Source of the DNA: Yuukianura sp. NJ FZ-2021
Lineage: Eukaryota
Length of the DNA stretch: 64,000 nt
NCBI GenBank assembly: GCA_046563655.1
Contig: CM102285.1
Location: forward strand, 6,944,001-7,008,000
Direction: 5' to 3'
This document shows positions 51,569-64,000 of this stretch, piece after piece. The position numbers were made by a program, and so were the translations under genes. Within the stretch, counting starts at the first letter, position 1; each line of letters starts with the position of its first letter. The notes under the pieces were generated by a model. That model worked only from the letters and a program-made list of their open reading frames with translations. It did no database searches and was not told the origin of the DNA.

Positions 51569-52349
51569 AGTAGTACTATACTGCTGTAATAATGTACAAG
51601 GTGAAGGTAAAGTTTTCCAAAAAAGATACTTTATTCATGTAAAAAAAAGACACTCGTAGCACTAAACATGAATGCCAATTAGATTTGAATTGAACTGGCC
51701 CCTTTTGAATGGCGGGTAACAAAAAGAGGGGAGTTAGGTGCGGCGCGACGATTTGAATAGAACACGAGGAACTTGCTTTCCCTTTTAAAAATAACTTCTA
51801 TGCAAACCTTTTCGACCAATTTCCTACTACCACAATTGTGTTCACACAAACTGAAAAGAAACGCGGAGTGCTTTCCCTTTTTGAGAAAGACAAAATTGGA
51901 CTCAATGGAGGCACACATCAGTCTCAATGAATGTCAACTTGTAATTCAATTACGCTCTAATGGTCTTCCTCCAAAACTTATTCATGTAACGAGACTTTGT
52001 AAATAAAGTTTCACTTCAATAAGCCTTTCACGTCTTAAATTGCACCATCATTTTAATAAATCAAAATAGTGGCCGATTTAGGCAATGTTAAATGGAGAGG
52101 TCAAAGGTTATCATTATCTTGGCTAAAGTGTAACGTGCCGTGCCAGACTTTCACTCAACGAAGTTTCAGTTTTAGAAAACCGAGTTTCCTTTTGTTCAAA
52201 AGCTTCCCTTTCTCGAGGCCCTCCATTGGCTCCAATTTCTGTACTTCAATTGTGAAAACCTCTGACGTGCGGCTTAAATTTGTTTAAAGTTCCGGATTTT
52301 GCAGGATCTATGCTGCTATTTACTTCTGTTTTTGTGTTTGTATTCGAAG

Positions 52350-53773
52350 TTAAAATTTAAAAATTTTCCACAATAGTAAGGTCAAGACGAACATGGCGTA
52401 ATCTGAAACACAAAATACACGCTGTGATTGCAGTTACATTGTTAGCACAGGAGTTCCAGAAATTCCTGTTTTTTCTGAAGAAAATGGATGTTCACAAAGC
52501 TGTGAATTCCGTTTTATAAACATTTCAAAGAACCTCTCACCTGGGATGGCATGTAACTGGATAGTTGAAGATGATCGAAACTGCGCTCGACCCGATGAAA
52601 GTTGAGCCAAAATCCGACTTTCTTGTAGTTCAAACACTGACATTCCGTAGTGGTTGCCGAGTGATGCGGTACATTTCAGCTGGATTCGATTTGCATAGGT
52701 ACTGTGAAAGCGTCCCGGTTCCACGATAAAGTTGAATCCAAGTATGGACGTCTCGAGCCCCTCTGTCTCATTAACAGGCATGTACTCAGTAATGTCTGCG
52801 TAGTCCGCCTGAAGATACAGAACAAAAGAAATGCAATGTTTAATCAGGCTGCCTTCACTTCACTCATTTCCCCCTTCATTCGAGTTGCAAAGTGCTTGGA
52901 GCTCCTTTCAAACTTTCATAATTCGGAAAATGGAGTCGAGGTTTAAGTTTTAAATTTTAGATTCGAAGGTTTTCAGTTTGGATGTGTTCATGGCGGGTAA
53001 CCTTTTGACTGTTGATGTAAAACATGAGAGACGCGGCAGGTTTACTTCTTCTGGAGGTACAGTTTCCAATAATTCTGTCACCGAGGCTGACTCGCGAGTA
53101 ATTTCCACTGTGACCTTTGACCTGGATTTCTGGATTGGAAACTGGCGGAGCAACGACTATCATTTGACCTTGGCGGGTCAACCGCTGAAAAGACCTGTCT
53201 GCTAACACTTCGCATCGGTACAGTCCACTGGTACTGAGACTTATGTTTTTGAGCGTCACCAGTTTCTGGGAAGTATGCTGTACCTAACAAATAAATTAAA
53301 TAACGATTCTTTGTGTATGTTACTGTAGTAGAGGGCAAAATTGGTCATTTTAGGTTTTTACATCAATATGAATTCCCTCAACAGGAGAAAGTTGGAAGGA
53401 GTTGCCCGCGTAGCTAAAGAACTCGGCTTCATCTTTGTACCATTTGAGGTTGAGGAGTTTGTCGGATTCGAGGTCAAAGTCACAGGTCAACTCAACCGTG
53501 CCGTTAGTGACTCCGTAATGTGGAATGGACACATTCCGCATACTTATGCCTGTAGCAAGGTCTAAAAAAATGTGAGAAGAAATATTACAAACCATAACCC
53601 TCATCCGATATGAAAAATGATGGGTATGTAACATTATGTTAAAAGTTGTAAAAATTGATACATTAGATTAAGGTTGTATGAGAAATGATGGTTACTCGTG
53701 TTTGTGACTTACGCAAATAAAGAACAATGAAAATTGCGATTCCGGAAAACAACACTTTTATTTCACTGCTCAT
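52350..53773 (-). CDS. Second Beat-like two-Ig-domain protein; exons about 53773-53713, 53561-53362, 53283-53002, 52808-52541, 52402-52350
   Basis: Signal peptide MSSEIKVLFSGIAIFIVLYL; VELTCDFDLESDKLLNLKWYKDEAEFFSY; SGLYRCEVLAD; GNCTSRRSKPAASLMFYIN; IQLKCTASL; hydrophobic tail YAMFVLTLLLWKIFKF*. Canonical splice sites. Confidence 0.85.
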
Positions 53774-56700
53774 TTTGAAAACGAAGTTCAGCGCATTAGC
53801 GCTTTTTCTTCGCAGGGGTTTGCCAACAAGTTACCCAAGTGTGCACTACTGGAAGCTCAGAAAAGTTACTCTAAAACTTTCACCCTTTAGTTTAAGCAAG
53901 ACATACAAATTAGTTACATATTAGGTACATAATGTATAATTTTGTTAATTCTAACAAAGTTTTACAAATTGTAAAGAAAAATTAAAGCGGGAGATTTTCA
54001 CGAAGACTGAAGTGGTGTTATGAGTACTTTCTGCTGGTTGGAAGTGAACTGGAAGCTGAAGCGTCCTGGAAGGATGTCTGATGTGACCTATACTGTGTAC
54101 ATTGTGGTAGCAGGCGCACAAGGGACAACATTTCTTCAGTTCCATGCAAACTCCGAACGTCTCCACATCTTACGAAATATTTTTGCAAAGTCTACAAAGT
54201 AACTCTTACTGTGTTGAGGACGTGAGGGCGGTGAAAAGGAAAGTCAGCTTTCACTTTCAACGAAACTCAGCTTCTGCATCACCTACTTCAGTTTGCATGT
54301 ACTCATTTGCCTTTCCAAGAAAGCGGAATTACCAAATCAAAATTCTAAATTCTTTCTCAAACTTTCAAAAAAGTTTTTTCAACACTTCTATTACTCGCAT
54401 AAAAAATGGTTTGTTTTGCGGGTGGCCTTTGGTTTTTCTTGGCAAATTCAAATTCAAAAATCAAACACTTTTTTCTGAGAGTGATTTTTTTTTTATTTCA
54501 GAATCAAAAAACAAATTTGCGGACCGAAATGGCCTCGAGTCTTTCGGTAAAATAATGGATGAGAATGACCACGATGAACCTTATTCATCTTCGTTCATTC
54601 CTTGGCAATCTGCCATTTTTCTAGGGATTCAAATCTTCCTCCGATTTTTTTAAATAAGCCTAAAACGCCTGGTGATCTTTTGACAGACTGACTGCTCCCA
54701 GGGAAAAAGCCGCACAGACATGACATTTAATTCTTTCTTTTAGTGCCCTTTGTTTACAGTTTCTTCATGTCTGATAATTCAAAACCGCGTATTTCTTGCT
54801 TTACCAAATACAACAAAAAATATTTCAAAATTATTTTTGTATTAAGTTAATAAAATACTTCTGTTACAATTCTCCAATAGAAGATTCATGATTTTATTTA
54901 ATATGTTTGTTTATAAGTCTTTTTCTTATTATGCGAAATGATATCTCTTATTTGAACCGCCCAGCTACTTTCGTAATGACGGGGATTTCTAGTGTACGGA
55001 ACCCTTAAGCCGCCGGTTTTCTCGTCTGCCTCTGTCTGTGGTCAAGTCGAGAGTTAAAGATGCACATCGTGCATTAGGGATTACACACGGAGTTCAAGTC
55101 TATTTCCCAAACTGGCAGATCACGGTTCTTTCTCTGCGGTGTGTGGTACTTTCTCCACTTTCTTCCGACTTTTATGACTTTTGGCTGCTTAGTGGACGAC
55201 AGAAACCTTTTAAAGTAGCTAATAGTTCCAGTATCCGTTCACCATTAATTTGCCTCCTCTGCGTCCTTAAGCTTGTCTTCGCATTCAATATAAGGTTTTA
55301 CAAACCATGCTTTAACCTAACCACTCTGAACTAACTCTACTTGTCTCACCATACCTAAATAATTTAGGTTATATAGTCGATGACTTCTTAAGATCAAAAT
55401 AATCTACTAAAGTAACAATGATGTTGGAGATCGGCAGAATTATAGTACGCTCAACCGTGAAAAAAAAAATAGAAACGGAGTAGATGGTTTTCTCTAAGTT
55501 GAGTTTCTTATAATGTTGCGTACTTTTGGCGGGTGTTCTGTTTAACAAGTGAAAGCAATATGTCTCTTCTGCCAATGTTCTCTGTTTGCACATGCGAAGT
55601 TGGGAGGAAGGCTGGAAGTAATTTTTTTGGTTCAAAAATCCTATTAACATAAGCTTAACATATCTTTTTTCTTTTCTAAATTTTCTGAAGTACTCCTGCA
55701 ACCAGCACAAGGAAAGTATCATCCAATCTTCTCTAGTAAATTCAAATTTTAGTTCGTTTTTGCTAAGTAAGATAAAAGATAATTAAGATAAAAACCAGCA
55801 GTCATTTTTTAAAATTAGTTATTTCAATAATAAGGTTTGCAAAACCTTCTTCAGTTATTGCAGAAACAATTATTGTTTGACACGCCAACTCTTAAGGGTT
55901 TGTTTTCTAAAAACAAAAAAAAAAACAAAATCCCCGACTTCAAGAATATTTTTGGATGTGAAGTAGGTGGGACAAAAAAAAATTGGAACATTTTTTTTAC
56001 TACTTTTTAGCAGATATTTCGAAGAAAAAGTACTCACATGTTGCATATTCAAAAACTTTTTGTTGTGCAAACTTTCTCCGTTTTTTCCTTCTCCGTCTGC
56101 TGAAAAGTTGGTTAGTCCGATTCAATTGTCTGGATTTCCTGCTCATTTTAAACTTCAAATGCAAATTGCTACTAAAACTTTTTTCTTTGAACCTACGTTG
56201 AAAGGAGAGAAGAATTGAGTTATCACAAAAGCAAGAACTTAAAACAAATTCAAAAGCTATTTCTAATACAGACTTCGTTACACTTTTCTTCTCTTCAAAA
56301 TACAAACACTCAAATTTAAACTTTCTTTTGGAAATTACATACACAATTGAATTGAATTTGTTACTTCACTTCCCTAAATTGGCATTGTTGTTGAAGTCCA
56401 TTTAAAAAAAAATTCATGTGATATCAAGTCAAGCTTAGACAAGTTTGTGTAGTAAATTTAGCCATCTGCTTGTATGCCAAAGATTATTTCATTTTTCAAA
56501 TTCATCTTTTCTTTCAATCTTTTGAGCACGATTCTCAAAGGTAATATTTTTCGGATCTAATTATCTGATTGACCAATTAAGCAAAGTAACTGACAGCGAT
56601 GTTGTTACTCGATACGTTGAGATTGTAAATGGCTAAGTTCCTCGATAAACGCAGAGGAAAAAACACTTATTACTTGCAAGGTTACCTGTTTGAATAAATG

Positions 56701-59339
56701 CAAACGTTAACAATCCTTTCAGGAACAATCCTTCCAAACTTGAAAAAGTGTTAGACTTTGAACAAATTTTAAAACTGGAGGAACAAAGAATAAAAATTGC
56801 AAAAGAAGTCAGGCATAATAAGCCTAAAAGAAACGATTCTTAAGGCTGGCGAATACCTTGGAAACTGGGGGGTCCATATGCGGTTGTAACTCATGAAATG
56901 AAAAACGGTCTGGGTCAGCGTAGGAATGTCGTACAGTGACCCACAATATATCCAACTTTAGGAAAAGACTTGATCTAGTACCCCGCTGAGAAAAAATTAC
57001 AAAATTTTAGTTCTAACTGTGAAAAAAATTGACCCATACATTCCTCCTCCATATTTACATATGGAGACCTACGCTGACCCAGATCATTTTTCAATTTCAA
57101 TGTCGCAGCCTCAGAAAAATTGTTGACAAACCCAGACGACGGCAACCGAACTTGCGTCAGTATTTTCTTTGTTTGAAAGTGCATACTTTTTTTGATCATA
57201 TTTGCACTGATCCTTTTTCACCACTCACAAGGGTGTCTCTTTTTGTCGATGTCTGCATCTTTTACTAACTGCACAAGCACGGTTATCGTGGTTACTAAAT
57301 TTAACAATTATTGTTTATTAGACGCATACCACACGTCCTTAAACACAAAGTAAGACCGGTTTTCTCTTCCACATTCAAATTGGATTTGTTTGTTGAATCG
57401 GATTGTTTGTCACCAGGTCAGCAGCTAGTAACACAAACCGGTTGCAGGTTCGCATACTGGCTCTCGATTTATAAGCATTACACGTACGAACCGACTGGCA
57501 AAATCCTTATATGTACTGACGACACTTCACAAACCGTTGTTTGATTATATTTTTGACAGGAATTTAGTTAACTTTTTCTGTTTCTGTTGTGGTAAGAGCT
57601 TTCTAATTGTTTTTTATCTTTAGCAATATTTGGGAATGTTTTGTTTTGTTTCCGCTGTCCTTTCTTTTTCATAAAAAGAAAAACCGTGTAAAGAAAAGAA
57701 TTAGGAGCCAGTAGAAGAAGTGCCTCTAAGATCTTGTTGATTACAGATTTCAGTTGTTGATAGCAACAATTAATTTTTTGCGCATACATTGATTACGCTT
57801 CGCACGTGTTATGAAGCGTTATACCGTAAACATTGAAAATTTTAAAGCACCAGCATTAGGACCTTAGGACGTTTTTTTGTTCAATGGCGAAAAAAGAAAG
57901 AAATGAAACGAGATTTACATTAATTTAAATTTCAATTCCATGCGTCCGCCCAAAACTACGTTCCCCAAGTTTTATACATCTAACTAAATCGAAGAAAATC
58001 TGATTGAAGTAGGAACAGGCTAAAAATCGCACCTTGAATTTATTTCCTATTCAAAGTTGCACGTTTAAATATATTTCAACATTGTTCGCGTTACAAGTCG
58101 TACGTAGAATTTATTTTACGATAAAAATCGCACGTTTTACGTATTTTGCGTTAAAACTCGTGTGTTTAACACATTTTGCATTAAATCCAGATCGTGGAAA
58201 AATCGCATGCTGAATTAGGACCGGGTAAAAAATTGCACGCTGAAATTCGATGGCATGGCAAATGTCACGATGAAGTGAAAATTAAATACAGAAGACGATG
58301 GCTGTTGAAAAAGTCTAGGCATTGCTAGGATTTGCATGTAGCGTATGCTGGTCTCTCATTTCAGATGCTTGATGCTTTAGACTTTTCGGATCGAAATTGT
58401 GAAAAGTGACCGAGACAGGTAATATTTCCATTTGCGATGTCCCGATGAATTGCTGTCGATCCCGCCTTTTCCTTATCGTAAGATGCATCTGAATCGCTGT
58501 TTTGGGACAAAAGATTCGCGATGCGGGCTACTCTTGGGCGATGCATTAAACTTGAAATATTTGCAGATAATTCCACCGTTTTCAGTTTCATTTGTAACGG
58601 AAATACGCAGATCATAAATTTTGGTTAAGAAACATAAGCACAACTCCGTTTTTAGGCAACGGTGGTCCTCGTAAATAATACAGGCAGTTGAAAGTAGTTT
58701 TTCGCGGTAAATGGAGGTAAAAGCAGCTGAAAGATACGCTTAGAAAGCAAATGCATATTATTAGTTATATTTGGTAAAGGCAATGAATCGCGATGTATTG
58801 CGCAGGCGATTCAAGGAGGTGCCAGAATCGCCGAATCGCAGGGCTTCTCTAATTCCCATTACGGAAAACTTACCAATTTGCAAAATTCCAAACCGTTGCG
58901 AATGTATGGCACATTCCGGAGCATGTAAAACTGCAAAGCCACCTAGCAAGCAAAGGGTTCGCTCTCATTTCAGCATTTTGACGTGAAACGTTTTAAATAT
59001 ATCTATCAGGTTTACAAATACGGCGCATGTGGAATGCTTGCATACGGCGTTCAAATTTTAACAGTATTTCTCACGTAATCTTTATCACGGGCTACGAGTT
59101 TTAAGTGTCGGTGGATGAATAAAATGTTTCTGCCACTCTACTCGAAAGTGGTGGATATACCGGGTTTTATTGGTTTCTTCCAGATGAAACAACCTAATTT
59201 CGTCCACAGGAAACTGGATTTTATCCGGATTTATTGATACTATATCACATGGATATGTCCCGGATGGACTGCTGAAACAGTGGATATGCAGCAACACTGT
59301 TCTTAACTTCTTACTTGAACTTGACTTGAAATATGTTAA

Positions 59340-59850
59340 ACGTGGGATTTTTCACGTGACCCTAATTCGACGTGCGATTTTTCACGCGATTTTAATTCAC
59401 CACACGATTTTTCACGCGACTTTAATTCAACGTGCGATTCTTCACGCGATGTTGTTACAACATGCGATTCTTCACACCAACTTAATTCAATATGCGATTT
59501 TCACGCGATTTTAATTCACCACACGATTTTTCACGCGATTTTAATTCAACGTGCGATTTTTCACGCGATGTTGTTACAACATGCGATTCTACACACCAAC
59601 TTAATTCAATATGCGATTTTCACGCGATTTTAATTCACCACACGATTTTTCACGCGATTTTAATTCAACGTGCGATTTTTCACGCGATGTTGTTACAACA
59701 TGCGATTCTTCACACCAACTTAATTCAATATGCGATTTTCACGCGATTTTAATTCACCACACGATTTTTCATGCGATTTTAATTCAACGCGCGATTTTTC
59801 CTGAAGTCATAATCCTATGTGCGATTTTTTGCGCGATTTTGTGCGATTTC
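59340..59850. repeat. Minisatellite of about 20-bp monomers with a 119-bp higher-order unit
   Basis: CACGCGATTTT-type monomers; the landmark CCAACTTAATTCAATATGCG recurs at 59477, 59596 and 59715. Confidence 0.85.
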
Positions 59851-61683
59851 GCTAGAAGAAATTTACTGGGAGAGCGTAGTTTCGGGCGGACGCTTTTAAT
59901 TAAAATTAAAATTTGATAAAAATTGGCTTGGTAACGCGATTTTCTAAAAATCAAAATTTTCTAGAGGCACTTCTTTGACTGGCCCCTTCAATTCAGACGT
60001 GTGGAGAATTGTAAATTTAAAACTCGTGTGTCAATGTTCACGGAAGTGGAAAGCGTAGAAATGTAGAAACAAGATTTCTCCCGTTTTACCTGGGATTTTA
60101 CAATTTCAACCAAAAAGAATCACAGGTTGATCTCTGCGTAATCTTATTGTGAGAAGATGAGAAATGACTAGTACTACTGCAAAACTTTCTTTGAAGGAAA
60201 TGGAAACTACGTGTCTCTTATGCTAAATTTCCAACAGGAGTTCCAAAATCCAAAAGAACTTCCCATGCTGTTCTAAAAGTAAAAGTACCAATTTTGTTTA
60301 AAAATGAAGAAAGCCTTCTCCTGGGATTTACGTTCGGTTAGATTTAACTTTGTATTCTACGCGTCGTCTTGTTTACTCCTTTCTCCGCGCGCAAGAAGTG
60401 AAAGCGATAAGTGCAAAGTTTTAGTATATTGAAAATCAACTAAAATGGAAAAATACATCAGGACCACGGAAAGCCAACTTTACATTTCATTATCCTAAAA
60501 AGTATAAAAAAGTATAAATGAAATTTGATTCTTTTTAATTTTGAACTGTACTATCAGTTAAATATAACTATACATATTTGACATCACATTGACTTTCAGA
60601 ATTGGGCAGTTGTATTCTTCGACGCTATGGTTGGGAAGTTGTTTGTCTGGAAAATAAAATTGCAAAAACTGAAAAAAAAAAACCGTCGTGTTTCGTCTTT
60701 CGTGTCGTGGCATGCGTATTACGTCATGTTCTAGGTCACGTAAATTGATCTGCGCAATGCGTACTGCAATGAAACACGACTGCCCAGGAAGATGGGCCCA
60801 ATTCCGTGACTCAGAGAATAATTTATAAGTCATAATCTTGCTCCACTTTTACTTTGACTTGGAACGACCAAAAGGAAAGTGTGAATTTAATGTCAGTTAT
60901 CAATACTACCACAAATGCCTTTCTCCACGTTACAATCCTCATAAAATGTGGAAAGAAAAAGAAAGAAAAATGGACCATAAAATTCTTACTGCCGCCTGCT
61001 AAGGCGAAAGTGAATGTTTACTATACAAAAAAAAATCCAAATCCAACTATTCCTAAAGATAGTTTGAGATCTAAAGCTCGTTTCAAAATGCATGCGTTGA
61101 TTTTTGCACGAATGACTGTCTATTGTGTACTCAATATATACTTTTAGTTCAAGAATTAGAGTTCAGCGTTTGAATCCAAACACAATGGCAGGACGAGATT
61201 GCCGCAGCTATGTTAGGTTTAAAAAATTTTGGGTTTTAAATTCTGAAGATGTGATTTGAAAATAGTCATTAGGTTAGACTTTTAGATGGTGAAACAATAA
61301 AAGTTTAGGAAAAATGAAGTTTGAGGAAAAAAAAAAAGTTCAACACGCAAAAATCGCTCCGACTTTTCCGACTTTTTATCGAGGAATTGTTCACTTTTTT
61401 GGATTTTTGCTGACATCAAGTTGTTCATTGTGTTGTTGCGAATCTGTGGAAGTGACTTTCGGTCTTGTCAACCTCCCAGTGCCCGCCAAGTGGCCCAATT
61501 TCGTCATCAAAAACTACCACAAGAAGGTGTTTTCAACTCGTCACGGGAGGCGCCACATGAAAACAAACATTGCCACCTTCAAGTTTTGTTTCCAAGCCAA
61601 CCAATCGGAATATTTCTTTTTCTCACCTCAATCCAGTTGGAATTAAAAATCTTCAAATTCTCCTCCTTGACGACCACTTCAAA

Positions 61684-64000
61684 ATGAAAAACTTCGACAC
61701 TTCAGAACCAAACAACAGCGGAAGTCTTCAATTAAATTCAAAAAACAAGTGGAATTTCGACGCTTCTTCGTGCCAATCTGGACTTCTTCCCGACCATGAA
61801 GTTCTCAGAATCGGATCGTCAACCAACGATTGCGGATTGAGAACTAGCGGTGATGCAACTGAACCTTCAGAATTATCTACGTCATCTCAAGAAGCTTCGA
61901 CGTCTACCACATCGTCCTCCAACGTCACAGAGAAGCCGACAAACAACATCAAGCTCACTGAAGCATGGATTCTATCTAACATTACCTCATCTTCTGGGTC
62001 CACTATTACGAAATTCGACGTCAAATCAAGATACCACGAATACTGTGTTTCAGTCAAAGTTCGTCCCGTCGTCGATGCTACATTGGGCAACAAGTTACTC
62101 AAGCTTTTTCCTGACATGACCATCACTCGAGCCGGCGGGCGTAGACACGCTGACCGTTCCTACTGTGGAATCACCTGGTTAAACTCTCCACCAAATTCAT
62201 CAAAAACTTCAAACCATTCTCACAAGGACGACCTTGGACTGTTGCTGGCCAAACTGAAGACATCAATTCCCACCCTCAAACATGTTCCAAAGGGAGCCAG
62301 ACGTTCAACGGCGGAATGCCTTTCCAATTTGATCAATGATGTCACCTCATCTAACTCCAAGGAATCCTGGTCAAACCTTTTATTATTTCCTTTCTTCATC
62401 CTATCTTCACCTAAGAAGTCTGACAACGTTTCCAATCTAACAACATGGGTGAAGTCCAAGATTTCTAACTTATCATCATCATTACCTTTAAACCTGCACT
62501 CATCTTCAATCTCCAACTCCGTTTTCCACTCCAGTCAGAGAAAACCTTCAGACTTTAAATTGTCTTCTCGGATTCTCTCCAAGCTTGCTGATGGCGACAT
62601 CCACGGAGCGGTTCGTCTACTCTGCTGCGACGACACTTTGGCTACCGAAGATAGTGCCACACTTGACGCCCTACAGCTTCTACATCCAAAACACCCCGAA
62701 CCGTGTCAACTTCCTGTTCAAACACTGCCAAACGAAATCCATTTTGAAGATCAACAAATAACAAAGTCAATCCTTTCATTCCGGAATGGTTCTTCGGGAG
62801 GCCTAGATTCTTTGCGACCACAAATTCTCAAGGAGCTAATCTCAAAATCAACGGGAGATGCAGGCATCAACCTCATATCTTCAATTACGAAGTTAGCCAA
62901 TCTCGTTGTCAATGGTTCTCTTCCTAATCAAATTCGTCCACTCTTTTTCGGAGCCTCGCTCGTTGCCATTGAGAAGAAAACTGGAGGCATCCGTCCGATT
63001 GCCATTGGTTTGGTTTGGCGACGCCTAGTCTCGAAACTCGTCCTGTCCGAAATGATGAAGAATCTTACCAACTACCTGAGTCCTACACAAGTTGGCGTTG
63101 GCGTGAAGAACGGAGCAGAAGCAGTCGCCCATGCTGCTAGAATCTACGTAAATACTCCTCATCCATCCCCTAAGGTGCTGCTCAAGATGGACTTCCGCAA
63201 CGCATTTAATCTTATTCGAAGAGACAAAATGCTGCAATCAGTAAAGGATAGCTTCCCTGAGTTCTACAACTTCGTATCTCAATCCTACTCAACGGATTCC
63301 GACTTGTTCTATGGATCCTGCCGATTAAAGTCCAGCCTAGGTGTGCAACAGGGGGATCCCCTTGGCCCAGCCCTCTTTGCCCTGACAGTCCATCCCATGG
63401 CTTCTTCTATCAAGTCCGAATTCAATGTCTGGTATCTCGACGATGCTACTATTGGAGACTCTCCTGATGCCGTCTTATCTGAACTGAAGCGAATTGATGA
63501 AGATGCTGCTAATTTTGGCCTACAGCTGAACTTCAAGAAGTGTGAAATTATTGTCGTCAGCGCAAGTCCATCTGAAAGTTGCTCCATTGTGAATTCTTTT
63601 CGTGCGTTTGCTGCCGACATTGGTGTCGTTAACGAAGAAACCGCCGAACTCCTTGGTGCACCTCTAACCACTGCTTCCTGTCGTCGTATAATCAAAAAGA
63701 AAACAGAAGATTTCAGTCGCCTCTCTGCAAGGCTCTCTTTACTACCTGCCCACGCCGCTCTATTCCTCCTAAGAGCTTCTATTTCTACCCCGAGGCTGAT
63801 TTACTTCCTACGTTGCTTCCCATCGTTCCTGGAAATCGATCTTCTGACAACCTACGACAATTGTCTTCGTCAAGTCCTAGTGAACATCATGAACATCAAC
63901 TTATCAGAATCCTCTTGGCAACAATCTTCTCTTGCTGTCTCCGAAGGAGGTCTGGGAATCCGTCATGCAGTTGATTGTGCTACTGTTTCGTTTTTGGCCT
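61684..64000 (+). mobile_element. CRE-like non-LTR retrotransposon ORF (RFX-like winged helix + reverse transcriptase), running off the window end
   Basis: Stop-free frame from ATG 61684 (preceding stop at 61558-61560) for 772 codons. Motifs: TLKHVPKGAR, KLADGDIHGAVRLL, LQLLHP, GSSGGLDSLRPQIL, FFGASLVAIEKKTGGIRPIAIG, QVGVG, DFRNAFN, GVQQGDPLGPALF, WYLDD (63430-63444), GLQLNFKKCE, LLGAP, GGLGIR. Confidence 0.9.

Noticed and set aside
59340..59850. Possible CRISPR array (also 39340-39530 and 48830-49262)
   Set aside because: The repeats are contiguous with no unique spacers, there are no cas genes, and the context is eukaryotic.
62220..63695. Minus-strand ORFs 62220-62516, 63025-63237 and 63309-63695
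   Set aside because: They are antisense shadows of the plus-strand retrotransposon ORF.

Overview
AT-rich eukaryotic DNA with short GT-AG introns, most likely from an arthropod (RR-1 cuticle protein, Beat-type Ig proteins, gustatory-receptor-like gene). Host genes: a GR-like multi-pass membrane protein (833-2434, +), a multi-exon Ago2-like Argonaute with an intact DEDH tetrad but several reading-frame disablements (10340-15682, +), an RR-1 cuticular protein (17128-17649, -) and two convergent Beat-like genes (22475-25386 +; 52350-53773 -). Much of the rest is nested mobile DNA: hAT-, PIF-, Tc1- and Transib-type MITEs, Helentron/DINE-like elements, a Helitron inside a decayed APE-RT LINE, a tRNA-headed SINE and a TRIM-like structured element. 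A Polinton-like mini element (long TIRs, 6-bp TSD) holds three nested insertions. The most striking observation is a stop-free CRE-like non-LTR retrotransposon ORF (61684 to the window end, missed by the ORF track) whose N-terminus carries an RFX-type winged-helix DNA-binding domain. Gene models and family calls were made by eye; no database searches were run.
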